DNA of 64,000 nt from Lama guanicoe (Eukaryota): assembly GCA_013239625.1 (NCBI GenBank), contig MU054466.1, forward strand, positions 7,961,770 through 8,025,769, read 5' to 3'. The notes under the pieces were generated by a model. It saw only the letters and a program-made list of their open reading frames with translations, was not told where the DNA came from and ran no database searches. The translations under genes were made by a program, and so were the position numbers. Position 1 is the first letter of the stretch. Every line of letters begins with the position of its first letter. Shown here piece after piece: positions 11,797 through 24,490 of the stretch.

Positions 11797-12794
11797 ATTT
11801 CACTCTGGTGGCTCTTGTGGTAGAAGAGACAATGGTTGGGTCTCCTCCAGGAGAAGGTAAACATCTGGGGTTGATCGTCCCCCGTTTAGGAAAGAACTGT
11901 CCATATTCTTAAAAGCCATTCATTGTCAGCCATTCGCAAAAGCTTTATGGACAATGAGCATCACCTGTCAGGTTTGCCTGAAGATTTTAATACCACCCTG
12001 AAAATGGGCCGTTTCTCTCTAATGAGAGCTCGTTGACTGTTGGGTGCACTGGCTTGGCGTTCATGGGAATTCTTACACGCAATCACAAGCCAGAGGCCGT
12101 TCCCTGCTTGTAGTTTAGAAAGCGTGGCAGGTTTTGCAGGAGATAAACCCCACATTTATGCACCTCAACTCACTCCTCTCCTCATGTTCTCGTCAAACCC
12201 TGACCTTGATTTGGTGACAAAGATATCATCTACCAGAGATGCCCAGGAGAGAAGGATGCGCTCTGTCTGGGCAGTCCTGGGCCACCAGCTTGTCACGTCT
12301 TCCCACACCGCCATCCGGACCCTGTGGGCCAAGGACTATCGACAGTGCCGGGCACGGGTGAAGCCAGCGTTCCCTCTCCGGCTGGTAACAGGGAGGTGCA
12401 TGAATTGGCCTTTGCAGCCAACCTCATGATGTCCAGCCAGAGCTTCTCTTCAGTTTTAAGGCAGGAAAAGCTGAGGTTGACTAAAAGCATTTCTTTATTC
12501 TCTCTTCCCTTGATATCCTATAAGTCACCAGGGGAGCCGAATATTGCAAAATCCTGTCATGAAACAGCAGGCTGATAAACTGAAAAATTGAAACAGATGT
12601 GGAGCAGAGAAGGCTCCTGGACATGCGTTTCTTGCTTTGGACGCGTTCAACTGCTGGGAGTCTTCAACCCCACTCCCCCTCAGAAAAACCTAATATTTCC
12701 TCTGCTCCTGACTATCACAGTCCTTGGATAATTCACATCTTTGGCTAATCACCTCTCCCACATGGAAGGCAAAAGAAAGTGATGGGAAAATGCA

Positions 12795-13230
12795 AAATAA
12801 AAATAACCAGTGACATTTATTGCACGCCCATGTGCCAGACACTCTGCAGGCCATATTTCATTTAAACAGAGAGGGGGCCGAGAACTCACCGGGTAGGGCC
12901 AGAGGGCCTGGAGTCGCATCCCGGCTCCAGCTCTCACTAGCTGAGTGGCCGGCAGCAAGTGGCTCGACTCACCCTCGTCGGTCTCCTCACCTGGGCGAGG
13001 GGGCTGATAGTCTGTATACCGCCCTCTTTCCGACTTAACATTTGTAAATCGCTTGGAACGGTGTCTGTACCAACCCCAGGAAATGTACACGAATAATCTT
13101 CTTATAATGCAATAAGATAGGTCATCTTATCAATCCTTATGTTTCACGGTGGGAGCAGAATCTCAGTGAGATGAAGTCACATGTGAAATACTGTGCAGAA
13201 TTGGAATCCGAGGGCCGAGTGCTCCCTACA
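12795..13230. mobile_element. Cluster of MIR fragments in both orientations
   Basis: acatttattgcacgcccatgtgccagacact (minus); atcccggctccagctctcactagctgagtgg (plus); gcagaatctcagtgagatgaagtcac (minus). Confidence 0.6.
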
Positions 13231-13584
13231 GAATGGAACTTCCAGGGCTAAAGCGAAATGGAGACCCCAGCAACCTGGGAACATCACAGCGATTTCTGCG
13301 TACGCGTGGGCCAGGTGTATAATTGAGGCCCCAATCTCTGATGTCTTAACGTTTGCAGATTTGGACGTGAATTCCATGGATTTCCCTTAATTTTCGACTT
13401 GCTCCGTGAAGGCACAACTTATCCTTCTCTGATCTGAGGATTAGAAATGGCATCAGCTTTGTAAAGGGACTACTCTGTAAGTACCCTAAGAGTGAAAAAA
13501 AAAAGCTTGTCATGTGGACAGTCTAACTGGAGAAGGTGGACACTGCCTCTTCCCTCTGCTTCACGGGAGGCTTATCACACAGGA

Positions 13585-13900
13585 GTCTACTGGCTACAGG
13601 TTGCAGAAGACCCAACTCAGCATGGACAAAATACCAAGTGCATATTATCTCATGGTAAGAATTGCCAAGAGAGAATGTTTCCACGATTGGGTAGGTCATT
13701 GACCCAAGGATGTTAATTTAATAACTTAAGGATTTCCATGCTTCTTTTTATTCCCAGTCTTGTCTTTATGGAGGCTGGAACATCAGCCTGATTTTTGATT
13801 GGACCCATGACCTCCCTTACAGCCAGCTTAGACCTGTGACGCCTCCTGTCTGACCACTGGCAGAGGAAAGTGACATGTGCAACTTTCAGAAGGGACCCTC
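13585..13900. mobile_element. Old MaLR LTR (MLT1-type) fragment
   Basis: ggctacaggttgcagaagacccaactcagcatggacaaa...tattatctcatggtaa resembles old MLT1 ends. Confidence 0.4.
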
Positions 13901-14089
13901 CTTTGCTTTGCTCCATCCTTCTTAACGCTCATTAGGGACGGCAGAACGGAAATCTAGAAGCAGCCTGGGCCCAGCACGAAAGGATACACCATATCAACAC
14001 TGAATTGCCTACTGGTGCATAAAAGAAAATGACGTATTTATTCCACTTAAGCAACTACTAATTTGATTCTCTTTTGCTTGCATCCCCAT

Positions 14090-14640
14090 CAATATATTAA
14101 TGATCGGGTCCCTGCTAATTTCCCCCACAACCCGCATTTGATGCTGCAGCTGGAATGATGGTTGAAGTATGAATCTCTTTGTTCTGCTGTCCAGTGGCTG
14201 CTGCTGTTCACTGCAGGGAAGCGCTGTCTACTTTCTACCCATGTCATCCCCCTCTCCTCCAGACTGCACAGCCCAGCGATCCTGACCTTCTTCCTGTGCC
14301 CCGGGGGGGAAACAAATCAACAACAGTAAAAATCTTACCCTCACTTGAAGGCCTTCAGCTTCCTATTCTCCTTCTCTGTCTTCTCGTCCCAAAGACCTTT
14401 ATAGGGTCCCCTTCTGCTAGGGCCCTCAGCTACCATCTCCTAAGCGAGGTCTTTTCCTGACCATCCTTTCTAGAGGACCTGTTGTCGCTGCTCAGAACAC
14501 GGCTTGATTGGCTCAAGGCTCTTAAGAGTACCTGAAGTTTTCTTTTCTAGTTATTTGGTTACGTGTTTATTAAATGCTTTCCACCGTTAGAAGCTAAGCT
14601 CCAGAAAAGCTAAGGCCTTACAGCCTTAGACATATGAGTC
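14090..14640 (+). mobile_element. LINE L2 fragment
   Basis: ggccctcagctaccatctcctaagcgaggtcttttcctgacc and ttagaagctaagctccagaaaagc resemble the L2 3' region. Confidence 0.6.
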
Positions 14641-15647
14641 TTGTGAAAGCACAGCTTTATGTGCTTTGTATTTTCTGCAGCTTTGAGCTGAATTTTCTGG
14701 ATCTATTTTCAAGCCAGTCCATAAGCGTTCGGATTGCTGGAGGGTGCCTGCTCGCTGGGGTCTTATTACATCGATGGTTTTGTGTGCCCCCTCTACACAC
14801 ACGGGATGAAGATTTCCAATAGACCTCGCTTAAGTTGCTGTAGTAATCAGAAACGCAGAGAATTTTCAAATAAAATCATAAAGAAACTTAGAAGGATTGG
14901 GGGGGGGAAAGCAGCTAATTGGGAGAATAAACATCCAAAATAATGTCTAATTTGGTTGAAAATAACCAGGATCTGCTGCATGACGCTGGGAAAAAATTAC
15001 CGAAGTTCTCGACTTCTGACTTAATTCGCAGTCTGACCAAAGGCAGACTTCACATTCTCATCAGCTGGGATGGACACTTTCTCATAAATGCCTTGAGAAT
15101 CTTAAGATACAACCATCTCAAGCCAGCCCTGGAGAACTCTCCTGTATGTTTTCAGTTACCTTTCAAAATTAAAAACAGCGCTGCCTACGGTGCACTTGTT
15201 TGGTTTGAGTGTGAAAGCCCTTCCAGCCAGTCCTTGTGTGAAGGCGAAATAATAATTTGAGAAGTGAGAATAAAAAAATCAACTTTATCCGCATAATGAC
15301 AATCTATCAACGGTTCTGACCTCTAAAAGTCAATTTTATTATGAATACAAACGTAAAATGACGCTTTTAAATGTTTCCTTTCTTTATTCACTCATTTGAC
15401 AACTGTTTTGTGTCCACGTGCTGTGTGATTGGCCACACGGAGCTACAGCTTAATAGCTGGATGACGAACAGATAAAGGGATGTTCGGTATGGAACGAGAA
15501 AAGTTGTTCCTTTGGAAATTTTACATGCCTGCATTAAGTCACATAATTCTATAGACGTTCTCGGCCAGCTTTCTAATGTTTCAAGCCTGTTTTCACTCCA
15601 TTATTTTTCTCTAAGCAGACTTAACCTTAGAAACCGAATAATGACAT

Positions 15648-15795
15648 NNNNNNNNNNNNNNNNNNNNNNNNNNNNNNNNNNNNNNNNNNNNNNNNNNNNN
15701 NNNNNNNNNNNNNNNNNNNNNNNNNNNNNNNNNNNNNNNNNNNNNNNNNNNNNNNNNNNNNNNNNNNNNNNNNNNNNNNNNNNNNNNNNNNNNNN
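15648..15795. other. Assembly gap
   Basis: Run of N. Confidence 0.99.
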
Positions 15796-16664
15796 ATCAG
15801 AGTCAGAAGTGTTAGCAAAAATGAAAATGATATGCACAAATTGTTATTTATACAAGTCCCTGATTTTGTTTACTGAATTTAATATAAACCTTCGTTTTTT
15901 GATTAAAAGCAAATGTTCAAGTTCTCTGTGGGGACCTGCTGTTCTAGATGATTATGTCTTAAAAAAAAAAAAACCTGCAAAGGGCAGGAATTAACTTAGA
16001 AAGGCAGATCCCTAGCAGGAATTTCTTTAGTATTAAATAGCAGAAGATGATGCCTCTGCCATGTCAATACGTGGAACAGAAAAGGGAAGAGAAGATCACA
16101 GAAGACATAACGCTTTACCTACTTAGGTCTTCAGAAATAGGTACCATTCAAAAAATGGGTGTAATATGCCCAAGTTCATAAAAATAATCGTCCTTTTGAA
16201 TTAGTTATTCTACTTCTTGAAATTTACCAAAATGAAATAGTCAAAAAAGCACACCACAGATGATGTCTTTGGTGGCTATGGCACTTTATTCCTTATTGAA
16301 ATAGCAACATTAAATGTAAAAAAAAAAAATTATAACAGGAAAATAAACAAATAATGATCATATTCATGTATTATAGAAGATGAATCCACTTAGACTATTT
16401 TGTAGCATAACTGAGAAAAGTATCAATGAATTCATGTATGGGAACAGAGCAAGATACTAAAACTGCATATCCAATGTGATTGACTATTTATAAAATCTAT
16501 AAACACATATAGATGAATCTGCACAAATCCATTGGCCTATTTATCTGTTTTTATTGAAAACGTTTTTATCAAAGAATATGTAGTGCTTTTAGAATGAAGC
16601 AGTGATTGTTAAGATTGGAGCTAACTTGTTTAAATTGATTTCTAGACACAAAAAGAAAACATAC

Positions 16665-16762
16665 CGCATTTATCAAGACCTTGTGTATTTCATAGCATCC
16701 AAAGAGGCATGTGCCAATGGACTGCACACTCATTTGTTTCTTCTTTTTGGGGTTTCTCACTA
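16665..16762 (-). other. Candidate internal exon (98 nt) of minus-strand model
   Basis: gctaaggtttactttctcag| acceptor (NAGNAG cagtag), GCG|gtatgt donor, open frame VRNPKKKKQMSVQSIGTCLFGCYEIHKVLINA. Confidence 0.22.
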
Positions 16763-18158
16763 CTGAGAAAGTAAACCTTAGCTACTAAATTAAACACATT
16801 AATAAATAACTATGGTGCATTCAGTCTTTACTCGAGACTCCTAGGAATTTCAGAAGTTTATAATTCTTGTCCTCAAGGAGTTTACTATCTTGCTGGGGAA
16901 AACCGACCTAGTATTTGAAGTATTTACAGAATAATTAATGAACAATTTGTGTGGTCCTCACCAATTGTGTGGTCAGTTTCCTGAGTTTATTCCTCGTCTC
17001 ATAGGAAGTTAAAACTTTAGAGAGTGGCAAGGATCTAGCGGAATTAATTAACAAGAACAATTACAGTAAAGCCACAATTAAGTTTATTACATTGTACTTA
17101 AGGCAGCTCAAATTAAGTTCTTTAAGACACAGACGTGAAGTATGTGCATTTTTTACTTGATTTTGGTTGTTAGGAAATTAAAATAAAAATACCTGATTAC
17201 AGCATTTCGCACACGTTTAGGAATTCCAATGAAAATAAAGTATTAAATAAAAGAATTCAATCTCAGCTAGAGCCAATTTAAGCACAATCCACTGTCAAAT
17301 GTTTGGTGATTAATTTGTAACCATGATAGTAATGTTGTGACCCAGTGCACAGAAAGCCCTTTATAAGTGACTCTTCTGTATTACGCCCTCAGATCTTATA
17401 TATCATCTTCATGCAAGCTTCAACTTAAAAACAAACAAAACGAAAACTGAATAATGAAAAAACAAATGGAGAGAAAACAAAAATTATTGGATACAAGGCT
17501 CAATATCTGTAAGTAATTAAATATCACATTGGTTCCTTGGAATTTAGCAGGCAAGAGTTCACGTTTCACTCCATTAATTTGTTCTTTTTACTGCCCACTT
17601 TAGGAAACAAAGAATGGAAAACAGCCCCCAGATTTACATCTTAAGAAACTCATGGCATTCTTATCGGTAAGATATTCTTCCATCATCAATTTTTTTGATC
17701 AAAGATCACATCTTGTCTGGTAATGATGTCAAGAAGAAACGTTTCAAAATAAAACCACTATAAAATTTAACACCTGGAATAAAACAGCTACGGGTTGACC
17801 AGTTGTACAACTAGAGTATAATAAAGTGTGATTAATTTATGATGATTTCAGAATAAAGATATCACACATGTTACTTTGCGTAGGATTTCAAAGGAAATGA
17901 TCGTACATGTATTTAGCAATCTGACGTAGGTAGATGGGTATCTTTACTAGCTTAGTTGTCATATTTTACTTTCAGTTTACATATATGTAGGCAAGTTTTA
18001 CTGCCCCAATATCTTAATGACAAGAAAAAAAAGAAACGTTTAGTTTAATGTTTCTATTTTTCTATGTAAAAAGCAATAAGTATAACTATAAACATGTTTT
18101 GGGGGCAATAACACTCACTCCCCATGACCTTTAAATTTACCTCTCCTTACACAGAAGT

Positions 18159-18275
18159 CACTTCCTATACAAAACTAAGTCAGCTGCAATACGGAATGTA
18201 CAGCTGAAAATTCTTTCCTTTTATTTTAAATGAAATGGGCCACTAGATAGTCCCACGAGTGACATTAATGAGTCA
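18159..18275. promoter_or_regulatory. Enhancer-like cluster: ETS, E-box/MCAT/E-box, AP-1
   Basis: CACTTCCT 18159-18166, CAGCTG 18181-18186, GGAATG 18193-18198, CAGCTG 18201-18206, TGAGTCA 18269-18275. Confidence 0.35.
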
Positions 18276-18340
18276 CTTAAACATTAGGTGGCCGGGCTGT
18301 CCAGAGAAAAACTTTCCAGGGTCCCTTGTGAATGTCTCAC

Positions 18341-18373
18341 TTATATAAACCAGAATCCAGCGCTCCTTTCCTT
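18341..18373 (-). other. Candidate optional 33-nt exon of minus-strand model
   Basis: ctctttggtcagttttcag| acceptor, weak TAA|gtgaga donor; preserves frame (EGKERWILVYI). Confidence 0.12.
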
Positions 18374-20069
18374 CTGAAAACTGACCAAAGAGATGTCCCA
18401 TAAAGAGATTTCCATGTTTTATTTTGTTCCGTTTATTGTTTGTCCAATGTCGGAGTGAGTTTTAGAGTAAGAGGGAAACAAATAGAGTGATGGAAACGTA
18501 CATTATACAAGTAAGCTCAAAGAGGGGACCCCGCGGGACACACTGCAAGGTACCAGTGAGCGCCCAGGTTCTCAGTACCGCTCTGCCTCTTCCTAGTAAA
18601 GAAAGGTGTTTATAAAACAAACCACACACACTGGCGGAACTCACAATTGGAACATTTAAATGATTATTTGCTTCTCTTTCTACCAGCTTGTAAAACATGA
18701 TTTTCTTATTCTTCCTTAAATGGCCTGTGCTAATTACACCCCATGACCTTTGCCCTCCAAGTGCCTTCATTTATGGCAGCGCATTCCTTTCTGGGGCAAC
18801 ACACTGGCCTGGTTTATAGGATGCTGCTACCAGGCCCTCCACCCCTGCCTCCTGCTTCCTTCCCTAGGTCACGAGTCTAACTCCCCAATACAACTCAGCC
18901 GAAGAATTCACTTTCCAGGGGAGGCATGTAATTCAGCCGAATCCCAAGGAGTAAGTACAAAATCATATAACTGATCTCCCCCTTTTGGAATATCAAGCAT
19001 ATTAAGAAATACAGGATTTCTTTCTTTCCCAAAAGAGAAAAAAATAACATTTTAACCTCGGAATAAATAGCCAGATTACCTCTGTGGAGTCATTTCTTGA
19101 GGGGTTACATAAATGATGGTTCGGCTGACTCCTTTAACACTCTGAAGCTGCAAGCTTATAAACTGTTTCGAAACTTCCAACCTCAGTCTAGTGTGGTTCT
19201 GAACTGGCAAGGAGAATAGAAGGTGGAAGTGAGACCCCGTGTCATTCTAGGAGTAAAATGTTTTTAAAATGATGTATTTTTTTTTAAATTTTTCTTCCGT
19301 CTAATAGAAAGTTGGAACTCTTAGTTGTTATGCATTTGTCCAATTGCTGGATTCAGCACCCTTTGATTTATGGCAAGAATCTGAATGTAGAAAAACTGAC
19401 CTAACAAATAGAAGATTGTTATTAAAACAGAACCAGAACTGAATCATTCAGAAACAAACTCAACATTTCTATGCACAGGGACACGTAATTTAAACCATTA
19501 TTACTATTACTCAAAGTTCTGATAAGTTTGCCACAATTATTTATTTACTTCAGAGGAACGTATTTAAGGAAGTTAAACTATTTGATTAATTACTTACGAC
19601 CCTTAATACATTTCCAGTAGCTGGATTTATCTATAGCATGACCATAAATAAAAATTTCAGTCAATGGCTAAACGATTCACATTTTTTCCATGCAAATTTG
19701 ACTGAGAAAAAGACAGACACCAAAAGAAGAGAGAGTGTTTGTCATCCTTTTGTGTTTGTATGTACTGACATGTAAAACTACGTAAGGTGTATCATTTTAA
19801 TAAAATCTCTATTACAGAGAACACTTTCATTAAGAAAACTAGAATGCAGTAATTTATTTGAAGTTGCGTGTAATTAGTCAAACTGTTTTGTAGAAGAAGT
19901 AATACAATTCATATTAAATTATTTTCATTTAAGAATGTTGAAATCCAGATTCACACAAATGATAAATAAGAACTAAATAATAATTCATTTACAAAAGGAT
20001 CGCTGGGTTATTTCTTTAATTAGTAAATGTTCAATGTGTTTGAATATATACATACATATATATTTAGCC

Positions 20070-20075
<6 letters not shown>

Positions 20076-20104
<29 letters not shown>
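20076..20104. repeat. (TG)n microsatellite
   Basis: About 14 perfect TG units preceded by TA units. Confidence 0.97.
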
Positions 20105-20107
<3 letters not shown>

Positions 20108-20173
20108 TTACAACAATTTTATTTACAAGCAAGTTTTCCATGAAGGGCACTGTATACATATTAAATGTCTTAC

Positions 20174-20239
20174 CTGTGGTTTTTGACTTTGTGTTACATG
20201 CTTTTTCCATGGATCACATTTTAACATGTGATGACTTCT
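20174..20239 (-). other. Candidate exon (66 nt) containing putative ATG at 20210
   Basis: Near-consensus sites ttcctctctctctccag| and CAG|gtaaga; tccATGG context gives MEKACNTKSKTT. Confidence 0.28.
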
Positions 20240-22499
20240 CTGGAGAGAGAGAGGAATCTTAACTTGTCATCTCCTCAAGTATAGTGAGGATGACAAGCGT
20301 TAAAATTCTGGGTCGCTGTTCTCCTTATGATGCCCTGGGCTCTTTCTCCCCACCCAGGTACCAGGAACATGGGCTCTCAGAAAAGAGACCAGTTACTTGC
20401 CCTGTTGTCAGCGCATCTGGAAGCCTTGTCAAAACAATATAATTTTACTTTGTAACTTTTTGACATTGGTATTTATTGCACCTGTCTTTGGGCATGATTT
20501 ATGACCTGTCTGGTGACTATTTCTCCTCAAGTTGGAGTTTACAATATGAGATAAGTGAAGCATTTAAAGGTCTGGGTAGGCTTCAAAATGGGAAATGGAC
20601 ATTTTGCACGTGTAGCTCACGGTCTTCCCTCAACTTCACCATCACCACCAAAACGGCCACTGTGATACACTGTTTGCTCGGGTCTTTGAAGAAAGAAAGA
20701 AGAGAAAGATTATGTAAGACCGTATTTTCCGCAGTCCCTTTTGCAGGGGAATTATGTGTCAATAAATTCTAATGAGTGGCAGGGAAACTCACCATAGGGG
20801 AGGCATCCAATGGAAAACATGTGCTTGTTGTAAGGAGAGCCCTGTGACCTTTTGTCTTGGTAATGGTATCCTGGCTGGGACTCACCAGTGTTTCTATCTA
20901 TCACCAGAAAACATACTTCCCATTGGCAAAATTGCACATATTTGAAAAGCAGCCATTCTAATTAAATTGCTTAACTAAGCTGCAATCAAGAAAGCTTTCT
21001 TTCCTTGACTCTCCCCCTCTGGGTCTTGGTATTAGTTTACAATTGTTTAGCAATTCCCCTGAATCTCATGAAGTACACACTTCAGATATGTTTTTGCTCT
21101 ATGTTTTCATAATAAAACATTCTAAGCCCTTCAATTGCTACTCTCAAAGTTCCTATGAATGTGATTTCTTTTAGGAAAATTCTTTAACTACCAATAACAC
21201 TTAACATTTTCCTCCAAAACGTTTGAAATGTGTGGAAGGAATCTGTTTGTCTGTTTCATCAGACCTGCAGTTTTTCTCTGCACTGAACGTAATGGAAAGC
21301 TGCATTACCTTAAAATAATATTAAACATAATTTACGCAATTGCACACGTGTAAATTTTGCACTTGAAAATTAAGGGAAAATTAAAATTTAAAGTTTGTGT
21401 ATGATACTTCAGGAAAATATGCAATGTTTAAGCTAATTTTAAATTGGTAATGCTTTTATCCACTTCTGAGATGTACCTAAAAACTCGCAATTACTGTGTC
21501 TTTATAGTATTTCCGCGCAGTGATAGTTGGCTTCAGCTTCTGCAAGTTACCTCACTTTAATTAGATGGCAAATGTTCGCTTTGACATATCTAGTTTATTG
21601 CGTGAATGCACTTCAAAACTTCATTACAGAAGTCCCTAAATTATAAACGAAGTGAACATCATTCACACAGAGTTGAAATTAGAGACTTCTGACACAGTTT
21701 TAAGCAGACAATCAATATAATTTTCTGTACACCAGTAATTCAGATGAAAACTCTGCCTTAAAAAAAGATGATTAGTTTTTGTTTTCTATGCTAATTCTTT
21801 AAGGCAGCAACATTTTTTTGGTGTATAGGCAATAATTTGTATAGCAAAGAATCCTGCATGTCTCTGAGTTATTTTACTATTCTTCTCCCTAACAATGCCC
21901 CAAGTATTTTAACATTTTAATCTCAGAAATGATAATCTAACCCTTTAATCATTTTTGTTCTACCCCTCTGAGTTCTCTCAAACTTCTCTGTATCATTTAG
22001 TTGTCATTTTTGTTGTTCAGGGACCAAAGAGGGATAATTCTGTCGGGACAGATGGATCTCAGTCACTTGTAGTATATATACAGTTAATCTGTTGTGCAAA
22101 CTCATTCAGTTTGGCTCCCAGATTTTCTTCTGCACATTTACGCAAAGGCAACTCCTTACTGTCTTCTTTTGGTGCAACTGTATTTTATTCCCATGAAAAC
22201 TTATGCAACGTCTTCCCTTTTAGAAGATTAGGGACTTTGTTTCTTGACAAATACAAATAAGACGGGGACATATTTGTGATCTCTGCTACTTAGGTCAGTG
22301 CAGTGGAGTCTATACGAGTCATTCCACTGTCAGCTCTAGCCATTTCTGTTAGCCCATCTCCAATTCAGACAAAAAAGAGACTTCCCTTTCCCCTCAAAGA
22401 TACAATTTCCTTCTTGAACCTACTCATCCTTAACAAATCGGAGCCTGCCAGTGTGTTACCAAGCCAGTGACATCAGCACTGGCAGGACATTAACTCGAG

Positions 22500-22671
22500 N
22501 NNNNNNNNNNNNNNNNNNNNNNNNNNNNNNNNNNNNNNNNNNNNNNNNNNNNNNNNNNNNNNNNNNNNNNNNNNNNNNNNNNNNNNNNNNNNNNNNNNNN
22601 NNNNNNNNNNNNNNNNNNNNNNNNNNNNNNNNNNNNNNNNNNNNNNNNNNNNNNNNNNNNNNNNNNNNNNN
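22500..22671. other. Assembly gap
   Basis: Run of N. Confidence 0.99.
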
Positions 22672-23239
22672 TGATTAGACGCCCAAGTTTTCATTTTCCA
22701 GAAGGACATCATGAATCATCAATTCAGGATAATACCTGAGTCATTTTAGCAAGCGTGGCGTTAAGAACTTCAAAACAGGATCATCTTCGAAGGGTTAACC
22801 TTCAAGACGTGTGACAGTAAGCTATCCAAGGAACTGTGTTGGGTGCAACTGAACTGGGGCCAGAAACTATTGACCAAGGCAACTGGTTTGTTTGAACTGG
22901 GTGATTATTTATTTTCACCTTATGCTTGTTGGCTTCATATCCTCCCTTCTGCTCAGCTCAGGGACAGTGAGGAGGTATGTTTTTAAACACACCAGACAGG
23001 AAGTTATTCTGAGAGGCCTTGTTCAGGCATTATACCAAAGCAAGAAGATAAAGCACGGATCTGGCTGGCCGAGAACATGGAAGATAAAGTCATGTTTAAG
23101 ACAAAATAAAATCTAAGTGCGTTCAGAGAAAGCTTAACAAAAGTTCACAAACTCATACATTATTTCTCTTAAGAACCCGGAAGGAATTTTAATAACTGTA
23201 TTCTCCACTTAGAATAAGTATTAGCTATTTTGGGGAGAT

Positions 23240-23820
23240 GTACCCCGTTGTATTATCACTGCCACGGGACAAATCTCCTGCATGGGTCATTGCAGCTTTG
23301 TTTCTAAAAAAAATTAGCGCTCTTCCCAAACCTCTGTAGATGTCTGCCCCCATCAACCACACTTCCTTCTGTCTAGGTGCTGGTCCACAATCTCTGATTA
23401 TCTTACTTTCTTACTTACAATGATTAAGACTCTTGTTGCCACCCACTTAATTGAGTATAAATTTTCCATTAAGAATATAAGATCTTTGCCCATGTCTGTG
23501 TGGGCTTGTTCCCGCCCTCCTCCCTCCAGTGTGACCAATCATCCTTCCTCCTCCCATGACGCATGCGTGCCTGGCAAAGTCACGCACACTCTTTGCAAAG
23601 AAGTTTAGTAAAGCCTATTATGACTTACTCTCGATGTCACAAACGATGCGACGTTATTAGAAACTTGGAGGTAACTGAAGTCTCTCCATGTGCGACTATT
23701 GCTTGTCTTTGTTCAAAAGTTTTAAATTTATGACTGGGCATCTGAGACAGGGTCCTCACACTATCCTAGAACAAAGCCCACTGAGACACATGCTTCATGG
23801 TTTGTATAATGGAGTGAATG
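23240..23820 (+). mobile_element. Degenerate LINE L2
   Basis: atctcctgcatgggtcattgcagc, pyrimidine-rich body, ending tgcttcatggtttgtataatggagtgaatg like the L2 tail. Confidence 0.45.
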
Positions 23821-24134
23821 TACCGCTGTGTTCCAGGTTCTCTCATGATTTGCACAGGTGTATTCTGTGCCCTCCTCCCTGTGATCAGCACATCATTCTG
23901 TAATGAGAGCAGCATTCAAATGAAGAGGAGGGGCTGGAGAGGTGGGAGTAGATAAATATTTGGTACCCACTTGAAAATGATGCAATGGCCAAGACTGCAT
24001 CTTCTATGCTAGATTTTGAGGTCAGCCTTCACCTCCTCAGTGCTTATCACACTGTTTGTTACCTATTAGTGACCTAGTAAATGCCTGGGAAAAGAATGTT
24101 GAGTTGTCATTTTATTGTTGTATTTCGGAGGGAC

Positions 24135-24490
24135 ATCTCCAGCTTGAGTCTTTCCAGGCTGTGACATGTTATCTTTATGACACCTGGCAAGTCACTGATT
24201 CCATGTAAATCGTGGGCTTCTCGTCTGCACGTGAGGAGGGTGTGTACAATGGATCATTTTCCTGGCATGTAGGTCATACACTGTGGCTCGTCCTTGATAT
24301 TTCGTGTGCATGAACTCATCCGATGTCTATCAAATACCTAAGATGTAAGTGCTACTTTTTAAGTCTACGTTTACCTGTGAGAATACCGAGGCTCAGAGAA
24401 GTGACTTGCCCCCGCTCAGGAGCTGAGGAGCCAACTCAGGCTGTTACGCCTCCCAAAAATGGTACTTAACGACCATTACACTACACTAAT
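24135..24490. mobile_element. Two MIR fragments
   Basis: atgacacctggcaagtcactgatt...ttctcgtctgc (plus); ccgaggctcagagaagtgacttgccc (minus). Confidence 0.6.

Noticed and set aside
15512-15994. 160-aa ORF, and similar ORFs at 22451-22712
   Set aside because: They span assembly gaps (X runs)
20261-20301. pre-miRNA
   Set aside because: A 13-bp stem is too short for Drosha/Dicer processing
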